A DNA stretch of 64,000 nucleotides from Eledone cirrhosa (GCA_964016885.1 OZ024750.1:24490001-24554000), one strand, 5' to 3'. Positions 1 to 13,098 are shown, counted from the stretch's first letter. Made by a program: numbers and translations. Notes: generated by a model not told the origin, from the sequence alone.

Positions 1-172
1 TACCAACCCGCAACTGCGATGTGCTGATGACATTCCCCCCTAACACAGATGATGCCAAATTGATGTGGTTACTGAAACAATTGAGGGAGAAGGCTCCCCA
101 CATCATTGTTCATGTACGGCACCATGCCAAAACAGAAGTATTTGGCTTTTACATGACAGCGAGCTATCAAAG
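1..172 (+). CDS. ANO8: Anoctamin-8 exon (5' end cut by window)
   Basis: Frame 3 reads PTRNCDVLMTFPPNTDDAKLMWLL...VHVRHHAKTEVFGFYMTASYQ, like ANO8 PTENCDVLMTFP...VQVRHH; donor AG|GTAG at 173. Confidence 0.9.
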
Positions 173-206
173 GTAGTTTACTGCTTTTATTATTTCATAT
201 GTATAG

Positions 207-392
207 GGCGGTGGATTGGCAGTATCGGTAGAGGGTCGGACGCCATGTTTTCCAGCATAGTTACGTCCCTTTACGATCTGAGTTCAAATGCCGCCGAGGT
301 TAACTTTGCCTTTCATCCTTACGGGGTCGATAAAATAAAGTACCAGTAATGCACTGGGTAATTGCTGGCCTTGTGCCAAAAGTAGAAACAAT
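207..392 (+). mobile_element. tRNA-derived SINE, the most abundant family in the window (representative copy)
   Basis: A-box-like tggcagtatcggtag, B-box gagttcaaat, core gcctttcatccttacggggtcgataaaat; TSD attatttcatatgtat. Other copies near 1497, 5040, 11105, 11339, 20623, 24491, 25745, 28535, 30843, 33169, 35295, 37220, 37425, 43260, 43942, 47742, 52762, 59233. Confidence 0.9.
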
Positions 393-519
393 TATTTCAT
401 ATGTATTTTTCCTTTTTACTAGATACAGTCACTGGTTTTCAGTTTGGCTGGAGCACCATAATCTACAGATAACAAACTAACTAGCTAGTGCTTTAAGGCC
501 ATTTTTTTTCTCCTGCAGT

Positions 520-686
520 ATACTCAGCTGAAGTGAGTACTAGCAATAGCTGGGGGTTTAACCCTGTGATGGAGACTGGCATCCTGTCCAGGAGGGAGTC
601 TTTTACTCTCAGTCACTTCATGTCATGGAAACTGGGATAAGCACTGGCCTGTTGAGCCTCCAGGCTCGAGACAGACTTTATCCTTT
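520..686 (+). mobile_element. SINE 3' fragment with V-domain-like core
   Basis: ccctgtgatggagactggcatcctgtccagg resembles the V-SINE conserved core (recalled, not searched). Confidence 0.55.
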
Positions 687-1129
687 TTAACCCTTTAGCA
701 TTTACATTACTCTATATTTACTATTGTATTTAATATTGAATCTATGAGATTTTGATATTATTTATTTTGAGAACAATACCTTAATATCAGTATGAGCGGG
801 CGGTTACAGTCGGTTTGAACAGAAGTAGGTGAGAGAATTCTGGCTGTATCCAGATGGTTTCAATGCTAAAGAAATAAAGTAAAGGTAAGCCTTGTGGGCT
901 CCATGTCAAGCTTCATAGACATCATAGGGTCCTTTTTAAGGCAATATTTTACTACTGGATATCCTTTCTGGCACCAACCTTTTCCATCACCTCATACGAT
1001 ACATCTGTTCTAAACCAGATTTACACACATGAATAAAGTAGAGGAGAGTGCTCCCAAAGCATAGTAAACCAGAATAAAAACATGGTGGAAATATTCAGGG
1101 ATTTACTAGCTTTGAGTAAAGGAAGATTA

Positions 1130-1730
1130 TATGATACAAAGTGTAATGTTGGATGGTAGTGAAACTTAAACTTGGAATGCAGAAGATTTGTGGCTGGAAT
1201 GAAATGAGAGCAGTATGCTTAACTGGATGTGTAATGTTAATAATTTTAGTGGGCATGAATGACATATCACATATGAGGTGAAGAAGAAACTGGATACAAT
1301 AGGAATCAGATGTGTAGTGTGGTCAAGGGAAAATTGTACTGGTATGGACATACGATGTGTATGGATAATTGTCAGTGGGTGAAGGATTGCCAGAAGTTCC
1401 AAGTAGAAGGTAGCTGTGGCAGAGGAAAACCAAGGAAAACCTGGACAGAAATGGTAAGAGCTGATATCAGAATGTTTGACCTTACAAAAGAGATCATAAT
1501 TGTTTCTACTTTTGGCACAAGGCCAGCAATTACCCAGTACATTACTGGTACTTTATTTTATCGACCCCATAAGGATGAAAGGCAAAGTTAACCTCGGCGG
1601 GATTTGAACTCAGAATGCAAAGGGCCGTAACTCTATGCGTCAAAGCATGGCGTCCAACCCTCTACCGATACTGCCTGCAACAAGTAGAGGGAAGTTGTAC
1701 TGGTGAGGACTCTTCCAACCTATGATTTAT
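1130..1730 (+). mobile_element. RTE-type LINE 3' relic interrupted by a reverse SINE (1497-1676)
   Basis: LYWYGHTMCM...WVKDCQKFQVEGSCGRGKPRKTW. Confidence 0.8.
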
Positions 1731-1938
1731 ACCAATAATTACTAAAAATTACTGGTATAAATCTGCTTAGTAATATTTTATTTTATTTTTCTTTGTTGTA
1801 AAATTAATATGTATATTTGAAATGTAGTTGTCCCTACACAAATGACTATAATTATAATTGAACACTATAAACAATAGTTGAAAAAATACCCCTGGAGATG
1901 ATCTATTTTTAGAAACCTTGATGGGATATATATTTATT

Positions 1939-2142
1939 TTAACCCTTTAGCATTTACATTACTTTTGTATTTTCGTTGTAAAGACTTTAGCTCCCATAAT
2001 ATTGAATTTATGAGATTTTGATAATATTTACTTTGATAACAATATCTTAATATCAGTATGAGTGGCTAGCTGCAGCCAGTTTGAACAGAAAGAGGTGAGA
2101 GAATTCTGGCTGGATATGGGTGGTTTAAATGCTAAAGGGTTA
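1939..2142. mobile_element. piggyBac-type MITE (representative copy)
   Basis: TTAA-ccctttagcattt ... aaatgctaaaggg-TTAA. Other copies near 687, 4000, 7198, 9947, 12553, 16137, 20951, 27002, 39594, 44484. Confidence 0.85.
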
Positions 2143-2401
2143 AATTAACCCAGAGTTTGAAGCTTCAACGCACATTTTCTATTTTTACTATGAATAATAG
2201 TCTAACAAATTCGGCATAAAATCTCCTAAACGGAAAAAAGTTGATAGCACTGCGTGGACTTGTGAGGAAGCACCTTTGTCCACTTCTTTCTGTCTCCAGG
2301 GGTACTTTACCTAATTTTCTCAACTATTATTTATAGTTATCAACTATTACTATAATCATTTGTGTTGGGATGACTACATTTTCAATTTCAAATTACACTT
2401 C

Positions 2402-2432
<31 letters not shown>

Positions 2433-2584
2433 GTGAAATTCCGTTATAACAAAATTCACGGGGTATTAAAAAAGTTATTTATTACAAGATTAACCGAAAC
2501 AAATTGGGCATTTGATCCCTTGTCAATGTTTGATATGTTTTTTTTTTATATGTATATATATCAATTGACCTTTAATTAAATTTA

Positions 2585-2640
<56 letters not shown>

Positions 2641-2879
2641 TACATATACACACACATATATATATAATATATATATATATATACATATATACACACACAC
2701 ACACATATAATATGTATACACACACACACATATATATATATATAAATATAGTTTCCATTTGTTAATATATTGTATTTTACTCCAAAAATTTGTTGAGTGC
2801 TTTATATCAGTTATAAAAATATTTGCTTGTGGTATCCCAACAAATTAAATATAACTTCTACATATATATATATATACGT

Positions 2880-3097
2880 TATTCCGGGTTGAATCGGAGG
2901 TAACCACAGTAAGTAAGGTACTCAATACATTGCAGAGTATAAAAGTTTTAATATAGATGAGATTCTACAGGACTAGAACTGTTTCATTCTTTAGAAATCA
3001 TCAGGAATCTCAAGGGATTCCTGATGATTCCTGATGATTCCTGATGATTTCTAAAGAATGAAACAGTTCTAATCCTGTAGAATCTCATCTATATTAT
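2880..3097. mobile_element. Penelope-like inverted repeat (family also at 49913-50090 and 28405-28465)
   Basis: ~60-bp inverted arms carrying ctgatga...gaaacagttc, embedded in (TA)n. Confidence 0.6.
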
Positions 3098-3229
3098 ATA
3101 TATATATATATATCATAAAACATGTCTATAGAATCAATCAGATATTAAGATATATACTATTTCTTCCTCTAATCAGCATAATTAACCATATACAAATATA
3201 TATATATTATTTTTCTGTTTCAATGTTAG

Positions 3230-3465
3230 TTTGTTAAAAGGAGCCGAGAATCTATGTATTCGTAAGTCACTGAAAGAGGACTATGGAGGTGGAATGAAAG
3301 AATTCACTTTCGAAGAACAAGACTTATTTGAAAATATCCACAATGAAATGGAGTTTTTCACGAGTCAAGAACGACAAAGTATTGTGTATGGAATGCTGAA
3401 TAATGTTCGGTCTGTTGGTAATGAACATATTGATGAAATTGTGTTTCGAGAGGGACAAGCCATCA
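3230..3465 (+). CDS. ANO8: Anoctamin-8 exon
   Basis: ttag acceptor; LLKGAENLCIRK...FFTSQERQSIV; gtaag donor; phase fits neighbouring exons. Confidence 0.92.
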
Positions 3466-4369
3466 GTAAGACTCTTTCTCCCTTTTTTGTGTTTTCATTC
3501 ACTTCTGGTATTCTTTAAATTTTTCTGGTAATTCTCTAATCTGGGGTGTTTTTGTCCTGTGACATGTTCACAGCTTCCAACCTTGTCATTTTGTCCACAA
3601 ATCTGGGCACTGCACCCGCTACTTAGGAGAAGCAAAGACAACTAAATATACTAGGTCCTGACAAACTGCTTCCTTACCATGCCAGTTACCATCAAGACCT
3701 TGGGTGTCATTGGTCCTTGAACTGTTGTTTCCTTCACAAAATTGGGAGGGGTACATCATGCTTGAGGAAAGAGCCTCATAAGGTAGAGTGGCTGGTGCGG
3801 CAGGTGTCATTGGCTGTTCTTTGTAGCAATGCTTTGCCATTTTGTCTATAGGATGCAGCTGAGATATACCACCTAGACTGAGGTGTAGAATCTGCTGCCC
3901 TCTCCTTGCCTTCCCTTTAATTTCATTATTAATTTTTCTTTTCTATTTCTTTTTTGTTTTATTTATTTCTATTGTATTGTTTTATATATTTCTATTTCCT
4001 TAACCCTTTATCATTTACATTACTCTATATTTAATATTGTATTTTCACAGTAAAGGCTTTACCTCACATAATTATCTCACATAATATCGAATCTATGAGA
4101 TTTTGATATTATTTATTTTGAGAACACTACCTTAAATTTGGTATGTGTGGTCAGTTACAGCCAGTTTGAACAGAAAGAAGTGAGAGAATTCTGGCTGGAT
4201 ACAGCCAGTTTAAATGCTAATGGGTTAAATGAAAGTAATTAAATCAGGATTCTTGAGTTGGACAAAAAACAAGTCCTAAGTAGGATTTATAGATGTAGGC
4301 CCACTTTACTCATTAAAGATATATATATATAATCTGCCTTAAATCCAGGAAAAGTTTCCTAAAGAGCGT

Positions 4370-4806
4370 CACAGACCTTGGAATATCAAGCATAAATAGT
4401 GAAAGAGTCCCTGGCTGGGAAGAAAAACTTAACAACCTCCTATCTGTAACAACATTGAAGCTAAAGTTGAGCGAGGCACTGTGTCCCGGAGCAGATACAA
4501 ACTATGCAGTGTGTAAATGCCTCAACAGATTAAGATCTGGTGTTGGTCATGCAAAAGTCAATCTGGCAAAATGGGGATATTTCAAAGATGGGGACGTTAT
4601 GTGTGACTGCGGCAGCCAACCACAAACTACGGCAGCCAACCACAAACTACGCAGCACCTCCTGATATTCCCCCTGCTGGAACACCCCTGCACAGCATTGG
4701 ACTTGGCAGAGTTTGATGAGAAAGGACAGCAATGTGTTTAGCTGTGGCGGGACCACATCTAGCTAAGCTTTGTAGCTGACACTCTTGTGGACATGATAAG
4801 AAGAAT
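4370..4806 (+). mobile_element. Non-LTR retrotransposon 3' relic (Ingi/Vingi-like C-terminus)
   Basis: CLNRLRSGVGHAKVNLAKWGY...CDCGSQPQT zinc-knuckle region; internal 21-bp duplication; (aga)n tail. Confidence 0.65.
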
Positions 4807-4883
4807 TAGGTACTCATCAGATAAATTTGTTTATTATATAAACTCCTTATATATTCTTACTATGTTCTATTCCTGTATTTCAG

Positions 4884-5000
4884 TTCTAACCCTGGTAACC
4901 AATAATGTTATCACTAAAGTGTTTCCATTACACAACAACGATGATTTGATACGACTGAGGAATGGGTGGGTGAATGCATTTTGCAAGACACAACCTTTGA
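4884..5000 (+). CDS. ANO8: Anoctamin-8 exon
   Basis: tttcag acceptor; ITKVFPLHNNDDLIRLRNGWVNAFCKTQPL; gtaagt donor. Confidence 0.92.
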
Positions 5001-5590
5001 GTAAGTCATTTAGTACTCATTATATATCTATATCTATAGGTCGGTGGATTGGCAATATCGGTGGAGGGTCGGACACCATGCTTTGACGCATAGAGTTACA
5101 GCCCTTGCCATTCTGAGTTTAAATCCCGCTGAGGTTAACTTTGACTTTCATCCTTACGGGGTCGATAAAATAAAGTACCAGTAATACACTGGAATAATTG
5201 CTGGCCTTGTGCCAAAAAGTAGAAACAATTATATATCTATAAATCCTTTATCACACATTTATACTCTTCTATCTTTTGAACATGTAAAGCATGGTACCCA
5301 TCAGGGTTATTCTCAGTATATTATTCCTCTCATGGCCCCAGTAAATGAAATATTTATCGATTTTTTTTTGTCAAATCGGACCGAGGAAACAATGTTTCCA
5401 TTGGTCTTTCCAATTGCTAATACTCTCTATCCGTCGCAACTCCAGGTAGAAACATATATATATACATATATAAATCAAGGAGACAAGAAACAAACAAACA
5501 AGAGGATGCAATAACATGAAGTGTATTAGTTTTATGTTTGGAGGAAGAAGAATACCTTATATAATTTCTTTCTGTATATTCTGTTTCCAG

Positions 5591-5718
5591 ATCAAATCTG
5601 TGAGTACTTTGGAGTGAAAATTGCTATGTATTTTGCCTATCTGGGACATTATACAACAGCCCTATGTATTCCTGCATTGATAGGGATTCTAGTGTGGATT
5701 ATGGAAGGATATGAACAG
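5591..5718 (+). CDS. ANO8: Anoctamin-8 exon (TM1)
   Basis: ICEYFGVKIAMYFAYLGHYT anoctamin signature; AG/GT flanks. Confidence 0.95.
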
Positions 5719-5920
5719 GTGGGTACTCTACAGACTGAATTCTATGTTCAATTTCCTATAGACTCTTTTGAGACTATATTTACTAAAGAAATATACTATG
5801 TTATTATATTTATATATCTATATTTATATATCTTAAGCATTATATAAACATCATATGTATATGTTTGTGTGTTTTGTGTATATGTTTGTTTGTGTGTATG
5901 TATTTTATGTTTGTGTATAA

Positions 5921-5971
<51 letters not shown>

Positions 5972-6454
5972 GTGATTATGGTGATAGGAAGGCATCAGCT
6001 GTAGAAAGCTAGCCAAACAAAGTGTTGGGAGGACCTTCAGTTGTGTCAAAGACATGACAACCTCCCCTGTGCATTTGGTAGAACATGAGACCATACATAA
6101 GCGAGATGACGGATTCCTGGCTTGTCTGGGAGATCAGTAGCCATTGCCGCAAAACTGACTTGGTCTATGTAGGCCCATCAAACTCTTGCTAGCAGGGAAA
6201 GTGGACGTTAAAACAAAGATGATGATGATGATGATGATGATGATATATATATATATATATTCTTTATTATGTCTAAGTGGTTATGTCTTGTCACACTGGT
6301 ATTTCACCTGTGCATTGAGAGGATCATCAGACTAGACTAAATTTTCAATGACAGAGACAGTATATACAGAGGAAGACTTAGTGGTGGTGGTGGAGGGATA
6401 GGTGTTTTTGAATGGATGTGTGGGGAGTGTAGTTAATAGAGGAGATGTATACTT

Positions 6455-6850
6455 TAATAGTTCTGTGCATCTGCTGTCTTGCAGACATGGTGAATTCTTG
6501 TTGAGAGCTCTACATGGGCCATGTACCATTTGAATATTCACTATTTCATACAATGCTGTGTCTTTTGATGGATCAGGCAACTCTGCAGATATTATTTTGT
6601 CAATTTGGTCAGAGTTAAATTTTTCATGCAACCAAATACGAATGTGTGAATGAGGTAATCCATGTTTCTGCCATTCAACAGTGTACATATGACATCTGAC
6701 CAGTCCAAAGATATTCCCTTTTGTGATGACATCTATCATTTGGACCATCTTCTGTCTGAAGGTCCTAGCAGTGAGGTCATTCCTATTTATGTATTTTAAC
6801 TGGTAGCAATTCATTTTGAATCTCTTTCCACTTTGGGTGATTGGTGTAGA
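6455..6850 (-). mobile_element. Helitron Rep (HUH) relic
   Basis: DLTARTFRQK...YTVEWQKHGLPHSHI...IISAELPDP...MVHGPC, matching the Helitron VEWQKRGLPHAH motif. Confidence 0.9.
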
Positions 6851-6966
6851 TTTTGATGAAATCTTTGTAATTTTTAATGAATTTATTTTCGTATTTTTTA
6901 ATAAAGTTGTATAATTTTATGAAATTTAATGAAATTACTAAGCACTATATCTTTATATTGTTGCAG

Positions 6967-7128
6967 ATGTTTGACGATTGGTGTTTTGTGGGGTTTGCCT
7001 TGTTTAATGTTTTGTGGGCAACTCTTTACTTGGAACACTGGAAACGGAGATCTGCTGAGCTGGCTTACAAATGGGGAACGTTAGATAAAAATGATGAAGT
7101 GGTTATAGATCCACGTCCTTTTTATAAG
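6967..7128 (+). CDS. ANO8: Anoctamin-8 exon (TM2)
   Basis: FALFNVLWATLYLEHWKRRSAELAYKWGTLD...DPRPFYK; AG/GT flanks. Confidence 0.95.
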
Positions 7129-8399
7129 GTAAGGAATTTTATTGCAGTGAAATGTTTTCAACCCTAGTTGGAAGATTTTAATTTAGATAGGAACCTTTTA
7201 ACTCTATAGCATTTAAATCAGCCTTATCCAGCCAGAATTCTCTCAAACCGGCCATAACCAGAAACTCATACTGATATAGGGTATTGTTTTCAAAATAAAT
7301 AATGACATCATCAAAATCTTGTAGATTCAGTATTATGTGAAATAATTATGTGAGATAAAGCCTTTACAATAGTAGAGTAATGTAAATGCTAAAGGGTTAA
7401 AATAAGTGGCTTTGTTTTATAGAACGATAGCTGGTTTTGACTGGGTTGATATCAAACTGGTTAGAATACTTACAACAAGACTAAATGTTTATTATATATA
7501 AACATATTGTATATGAATTCATATATTCTGGATCACACTGTATTAGTGCTACTGCTAATTAAATTAATATCAGCCCATTAACCTGTTGACTGCCACATAT
7601 ATTTTACACAGCTACAGTTTTTCCAGTGAAATGACTATTTTGATTGACAGACATCACATCAATAAATCTAGCTTTGAAGTTTTGAACTGTTGGAAACGAG
7701 TTCATAACTTTGAAGTTATAAACTGTTGGAAACGAGTTCAAACATGTTAGGATGAGTTATCTTGTCCGTGGCACTAGAATGCATACATGTTAGGATGAGT
7801 TATCTCGTCTACAGCACTGAAAAGGTTAAGCTTGCACTATATGTAAATAAGCTTTCTGCAAGAATAGTTTGTTTACAAAAACTTTAATCCTTTTGATACT
7901 TATTTGTCCCAAACCAGCTCTGTTTCTCCGAAACAAAATCATCCGTACTAACTGGTTCCTACTTAAATTAAAATCTTCCAGCATCATTTTACATAAGAAC
8001 CATGTATTTAGTTACTATCTTGGTAATGAAATAATTAATATTTTTTATAAATCTCTCAAAATTCTTCACTAATTAATTGAAATGGAGTGTATTTAATTAG
8101 TAAGCAAGTGTCGATGAACTGTAATGACAGTGAAATACATGTATCCACTTGTCTTATCTCAATGCTTAGGTAGCTGTGACATGATCACACCTTAAAATAC
8201 TCACTGTGAGACTAAATGTTAGTTTATTATACATAAAACATAATCTATATGGGTTCATATATGATGTCTTCTAAACCTCAGCATCTTGACAGAAGTAAGT
8301 GCTGACAATATATAAAGATAATGAACTGTATCTGCCACTCTTAACCTGGTTATTGAAGTAGCTGTGACATATATATATATATAATATATATATATATGT

Positions 8400-8640
8400 A
8401 TCATCATCATCATCATCATCATTTTACGTCCGCTTTTCCCTGCTTGCAAGGGTGGGACGGGTCTTATTCAGCACAGCATCTCTCCACTCGTCACGGTCCT
8501 TCGTCATCTCCACCATGAGCTTCAATGATCTGAGGTCTGTTCTCACCACCTCCGCCCATGTTTTTCGTGGTCTACCTCTACCACGTCTTCCTTCAACTGG
8601 CATTTCCTGGCACTTCTTCACCCATCGGTCATCCTCCATG
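8400..8640 (-). mobile_element. RTE-type LINE 3' end (second copy at 38350-38605, + strand)
   Basis: [32 protein letters not shown] followed by a (tga)n tail. Confidence 0.85.
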
Positions 8641-8660
8641 TATATATATATTTATTTAAA

Positions 8661-8731
<71 letters not shown>

Positions 8732-8948
8732 ATATATATATATATATATATATACAATACAATACATAAACAGAGAAAGCCTTAAGTGATACTCCGACCA
8801 ACTCCATCTCACTCAACAAACATTAGGGTATACTTAAGTTTTATCCCAATTTAGTGTGTTTGAGGTGCTAACTAATCAGTATTTCGTGGATAGCTGGTTG
8901 TATTATTTTATATGAGACATTATTAAATAAATATCTCTTTCGTTCCAC

Positions 8949-8987
<39 letters not shown>

Positions 8988-9163
8988 CAAAATGTATATA
9001 GCTTCATATACACATTTATCCTGAATCACACTGAGTACTATTGTTTATATATATAATTATATATATGTGTATGTATGATCATATGCAGCTCCATATATGT
9101 CTTTATTCTAAATCACTCTGTGTTAGTGATATCTCTAAAATGTTGACCGATTTCTATTTCCAG

Positions 9164-9452
9164 GGAGAACTTGAAGTAAGTAGTGTCACTGGAAGACTGG
9201 AACCATTCTATCCGATATGGAAACGGAATATGTTCCGCTACTTTGTAACCCTTCCTGTAGTCATCTTGTGTCTTTGTATTGTGTTTGTTGTCATGTTAGG
9301 CAACTTCTACATTGAAGAACTCATTACAAACCTGGTTAATACTGGTGAATATGCTTTCATCACTAAAGTTTTCCCTAAAGTCTGCCATGCTGTTTCTATC
9401 TTCATGCTTGACCGGATGTATACTCGAGTTGCTTACTGGCTAAACGATATGG
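9164..9452 (+). CDS. ANO8: Anoctamin-8 exon (TM3-4)
   Basis: VTGRLEPFYPIWKR...VAYWLNDM; AG/GT flanks. Confidence 0.95.
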
Positions 9453-10433
9453 GTAAGTTTTCGCAGTAGGAAATCACAATTTCTACTTCCAGATATTTTT
9501 CTATTTTAACAATTTTGTTGCCATATTTCTTATGAAAAACACTCTCAGTTTTAAAAAAAATATTGCAAATAATCAAGAATTTGGAGAGGTAACTAACTTT
9601 TTCATTATAAAGCTGGTTAAAACAATATTGTCTGATTGAGATGAATCAAGAGTCTATTTGAATACATATAAAATAAGAAAACTCATTGCTAGAACAGCCG
9701 TTAAAACAGCTAAATGCTGTTAAGGACAACGATGGGCAAAAATGTCTTAGAGGACAGAGACCAGTGGCTTGTGGTCAACAGAGAGACAATTCACAAGGTG
9801 GGAGACAGGCAGATGATATATAGAAAAGCTTGAAAGAAGAGGAGGACAAGAAGTGTGCTGGTGCACAGAAGTGACTGGAAGAAAATAAACATGCACACAT
9901 CTCCACCTACATCAGCTCTCAAACCAGCAAAATGGTTTCGCACAATTTAACCCTTTAGCATTTAAACTAGCCATATCTGGCCAGAATTCTCTCACCTCTT
10001 TCTGTCCAAACCAGCTGTAACTGGCCACTAATACTTATGTTAAGGTATTGTTCTAAAAATAAATAACATCAAAATCTCAGATTCAATACTATGTGAGATA
10101 GTTATGTGAAATAAAGTGTTTACCGTGAAAATACAATAGTAAATAATGTAAATGCTAAAGGGTTAATTGAGACTACCATTTCAAAATGCTGGATCGTGCA
10201 ACAGAAAAATAAATCTTTTTGCTGGTATGATGTGTGTGTGGTAAAACAAAGAGTAAAAATAGAGGACGAAAGAAAGCAAATAAAATAAAATAATGGGATA
10301 GTGAACCTCAAGCTGTGGTGTCTGTCCTAAATAGAAAGCTAATCATAGCTATGATTAGTTTACATCACCTTTCTTTATTTCCGTAACATTTTTGACTGTT
10401 TTTTTAATTTTTTTAATAAATTTTATCTTCTAG

Positions 10434-10489
10434 AGAACTACAGAATGCAAGAGGCGTATGAAAACCATCTTATCATTAAACTTGTTTTG
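10434..10489 (+). CDS. ANO8: Anoctamin-8 small exon (absent from ORF track)
   Basis: ENYRMQEAYENHLIIKLVL; ctag acceptor, gtgagt donor. Confidence 0.92.
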
Positions 10490-11555
10490 GTGAGTTCTAC
10501 TTTTTAGTTATTTTTCTATAGTAGTTAAAGTGTGTTGTTGTTATTTTTATGTTTTGCCTTTGCTTCTGTTTGTACGAGCTGCTTCCAAATTTCAACACCA
10601 AACCTCAAGGGACAGCAAGCTGCTCAGTGTTAAGGTGTTAAATATCCGTCTAACCCATGCTAGCATGGAAAATGGATGTTAAACGATGATGATGATGATA
10701 GTTGTAAGATTGGTAAAATAATCCAGAAATTTCAGTTTACAACCTCTGTGTGTGTGTGTGTATATATATGTCTATGTGTATATATATGTCTATGTGTATA
10801 TATATGTCTATGTATATATATATGTCTATGTATATATATATGTCTATGTGTATATATGTCTGTGTGTGTATATATGTCTATGTATATATATATGTCTATG
10901 TATATATATATGTCTATGTGTATATATATGTCTATGTGTATATATATGTCTATGTATATATATATGTCTATGTATATATATATATGTCTATGTGTATATA
11001 TGTCTGTGTGTGTATATATGTTTCAGTGCATGTATATTTGTATGTAAATTTTTGTGCTTTTATGAAGAACAATTTCCATTACCATTATTGTTATTATCAT
11101 TAGAGTGGTGGACTGGCAGAATCGGTAGAGCGTCGGACACCATGCTTTGCAACATAGAGTTATAGCCCTTTACGTTCTGAGCTGAAATCCGCCGAGGTTA
11201 ACTTTGCCATTCATCCTTACGAGGTCGATAAAATAAAGTATCAGTAACATACTGGGGTCAATTTAATCGACTTCCCCTCCCCTTTAAACTGCTGGCCTTG
11301 TGCCTAAAGTAGAAACAATTATTATTATTATTATAATTGGCGGTGGATTGCCCGTGTCGGTAGAGTGTCGGATACCATGCTTTGCAGCATAGGGTTATGG
11401 CCCTTTACGGTCTAGGTTCAAATCCCACCGAGGTTAGCTTTGCCTTTCATCCTTACGGGATCAATTAAATAAAGTACTGGTAATGCACCGGGGTTTATTT
11501 AATTGACTTTCCCTTCCCCTAAAATTGCTGGCCTTGTGCCTAAATCAGAAACAAC

Positions 11556-11597
<42 letters not shown>

Positions 11598-11625
11598 ATA
11601 CATATATATTAAAATTATTTTCTAG

Positions 11626-11700
11626 TTTCAATTTGTGAATTCATTCCTGTCCCTGTTCTACATAGCATTTTATCTCCAAGACATGGAACTTCTGAGAGAG
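11626..11700 (+). CDS. ANO8: Anoctamin-8 small exon (TM5; absent from ORF track)
   Basis: FQFVNSFLSLFYIAFYLQDMELLRE; AG/GT flanks. Confidence 0.93.
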
Positions 11701-11987
11701 GTAAGCTACTGCCTTTACAAATTGATGTTTAAATGTGAGTGAGTGTGTGTGTGGAGGGGGGGGGGGGGGAGAGCATATAATATGAACCTTTTTAAAATTA
11801 TGTTCCAAACACCAGCTTAATAGGGATAAAGTTAGTTATATTACTAAATTTCTCTAAATTCTTGATTATTTTCAAAATTATTTGAAGCATCATAGACAGT
11901 ATTTTTTATCTTTATCTTAAATAGGGTAACAAAAAAGTTCAGATGTTTATATTTATCTAAATACCTTCTATTATAATTTTATGTAAT

Positions 11988-12398
11988 GGCGGTGGATTGG
12001 CAGTATCAGTAGAGGGTCGCATGCCATGCTTTCCAGCATAGTTATGTCCCTTTACGATCTGAGTTCAAATCCCGCCGAGGTTGACTTTGCCTTTCATCCT
12101 TACGGGGTCGATAAAATAAAGTACCAGTAATGCACTGGGTAATTGCTGGCCTTGTGCCTAAAGTAGAAACAATTATAATTTTATGTAATACCTTCTATTA
12201 TAATTTTATGGCGGTGAATTAGCAGTATCGGTAGAGGGTTGGATGCCATGCTTTCTAGCATAGTTAAGTCCCTTTACAGTCTGAGTTCAAATCCCGTCGA
12301 AGTTAACTTTGCCTTTCATCCTTACAGGGTCGATAAAATAAAGTACCAGTAATACACTGGAATAATTGCTGGCCTTGTGCTAAAAGCAGAAACAATTA
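11988..12398 (+). mobile_element. Two tandem copies of the same SINE
   Basis: Two full units, each flanked by the attataattttatg target duplication. Confidence 0.88.
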
Positions 12399-12750
12399 TA
12401 ATGTTATGTAAGGATCTTTGTGGTGCTCCAAATACCAGCTTATTAATGAGAAACTTACATAACTGAAGCTCTACAAATTCTTGATTATTTTCAAAATTAT
12501 TTGAAAATCATATGAGAAGTGTCTTTCATTTGAAATATGGTCATGAGAGATTTAACCCTTTAGCATTTAAACTGGCTGTATCAGGCCAGAATTCTCTCAC
12601 CTCTTTTTGGTCAAACCAGCTGTAACTGGCTCCTCATATCAATTTTAAGGTATTGTTCTCAAAATAAATAATAAAAAATCTCATAGATTCAATATTATGT
12701 GAGATAAGTATGTGAGGTAGAGCCTTTATCGTGAAAATACAATAGTATAT

Positions 12751-13098
12751 GGAGGCATATGGCTTAGTGGTTAGAGCATTGGCCTTGCAATCGAAAGGTT
12801 GTGAGTTCAATTCTCAGACCGGGTGATGTGTTGTTTCCTTGAGCAAGACACTTTATTTCACATTGCTCCAGTTTACTCAGCTGTAGAAATGAGATGATAG
12901 GGACTGGGGTCCATATCATTCCACTGTAAAGTGGTCGTGGAGGTGCCAAGGTAAAAAAAGCACCCAGCACTCACTGTAAATGAGGTTGGTGTTAGGAAGG
13001 GCATCCAGCTGTAGAAATCAAGCCAGCATCAGTTCCCGTCCTACCCTTGCAAGCAGGGAAAAAGCGGACGTAAAATGAAATGATGATGATGAAATGAT
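12751..13098 (+). mobile_element. CORE-like tRNA SINE with RTE-derived tail, inserted in a piggyBac MITE
   Basis: tggcttagtggttag and gagttcaattc boxes; ccttgagcaagacactt...cagctgtagaaatgag core; tail cttgcaagcagggaaaaagcggacgtaaaa(tga)n. Confidence 0.8.

Noticed and set aside
65-349. ORF-track 94-aa protein
   Set aside because: Wrong frame over the real ANO8 exon, running on into a SINE
6332-6814. Functional nested gene or captured viral Rep
   Set aside because: Only a fragment of Helitron Rep; homology ends mid-ORF and no helicase follows
12751-12825. tRNA gene
   Set aside because: The tRNA-like head runs straight into a SINE core and LINE tail; no clean acceptor stem
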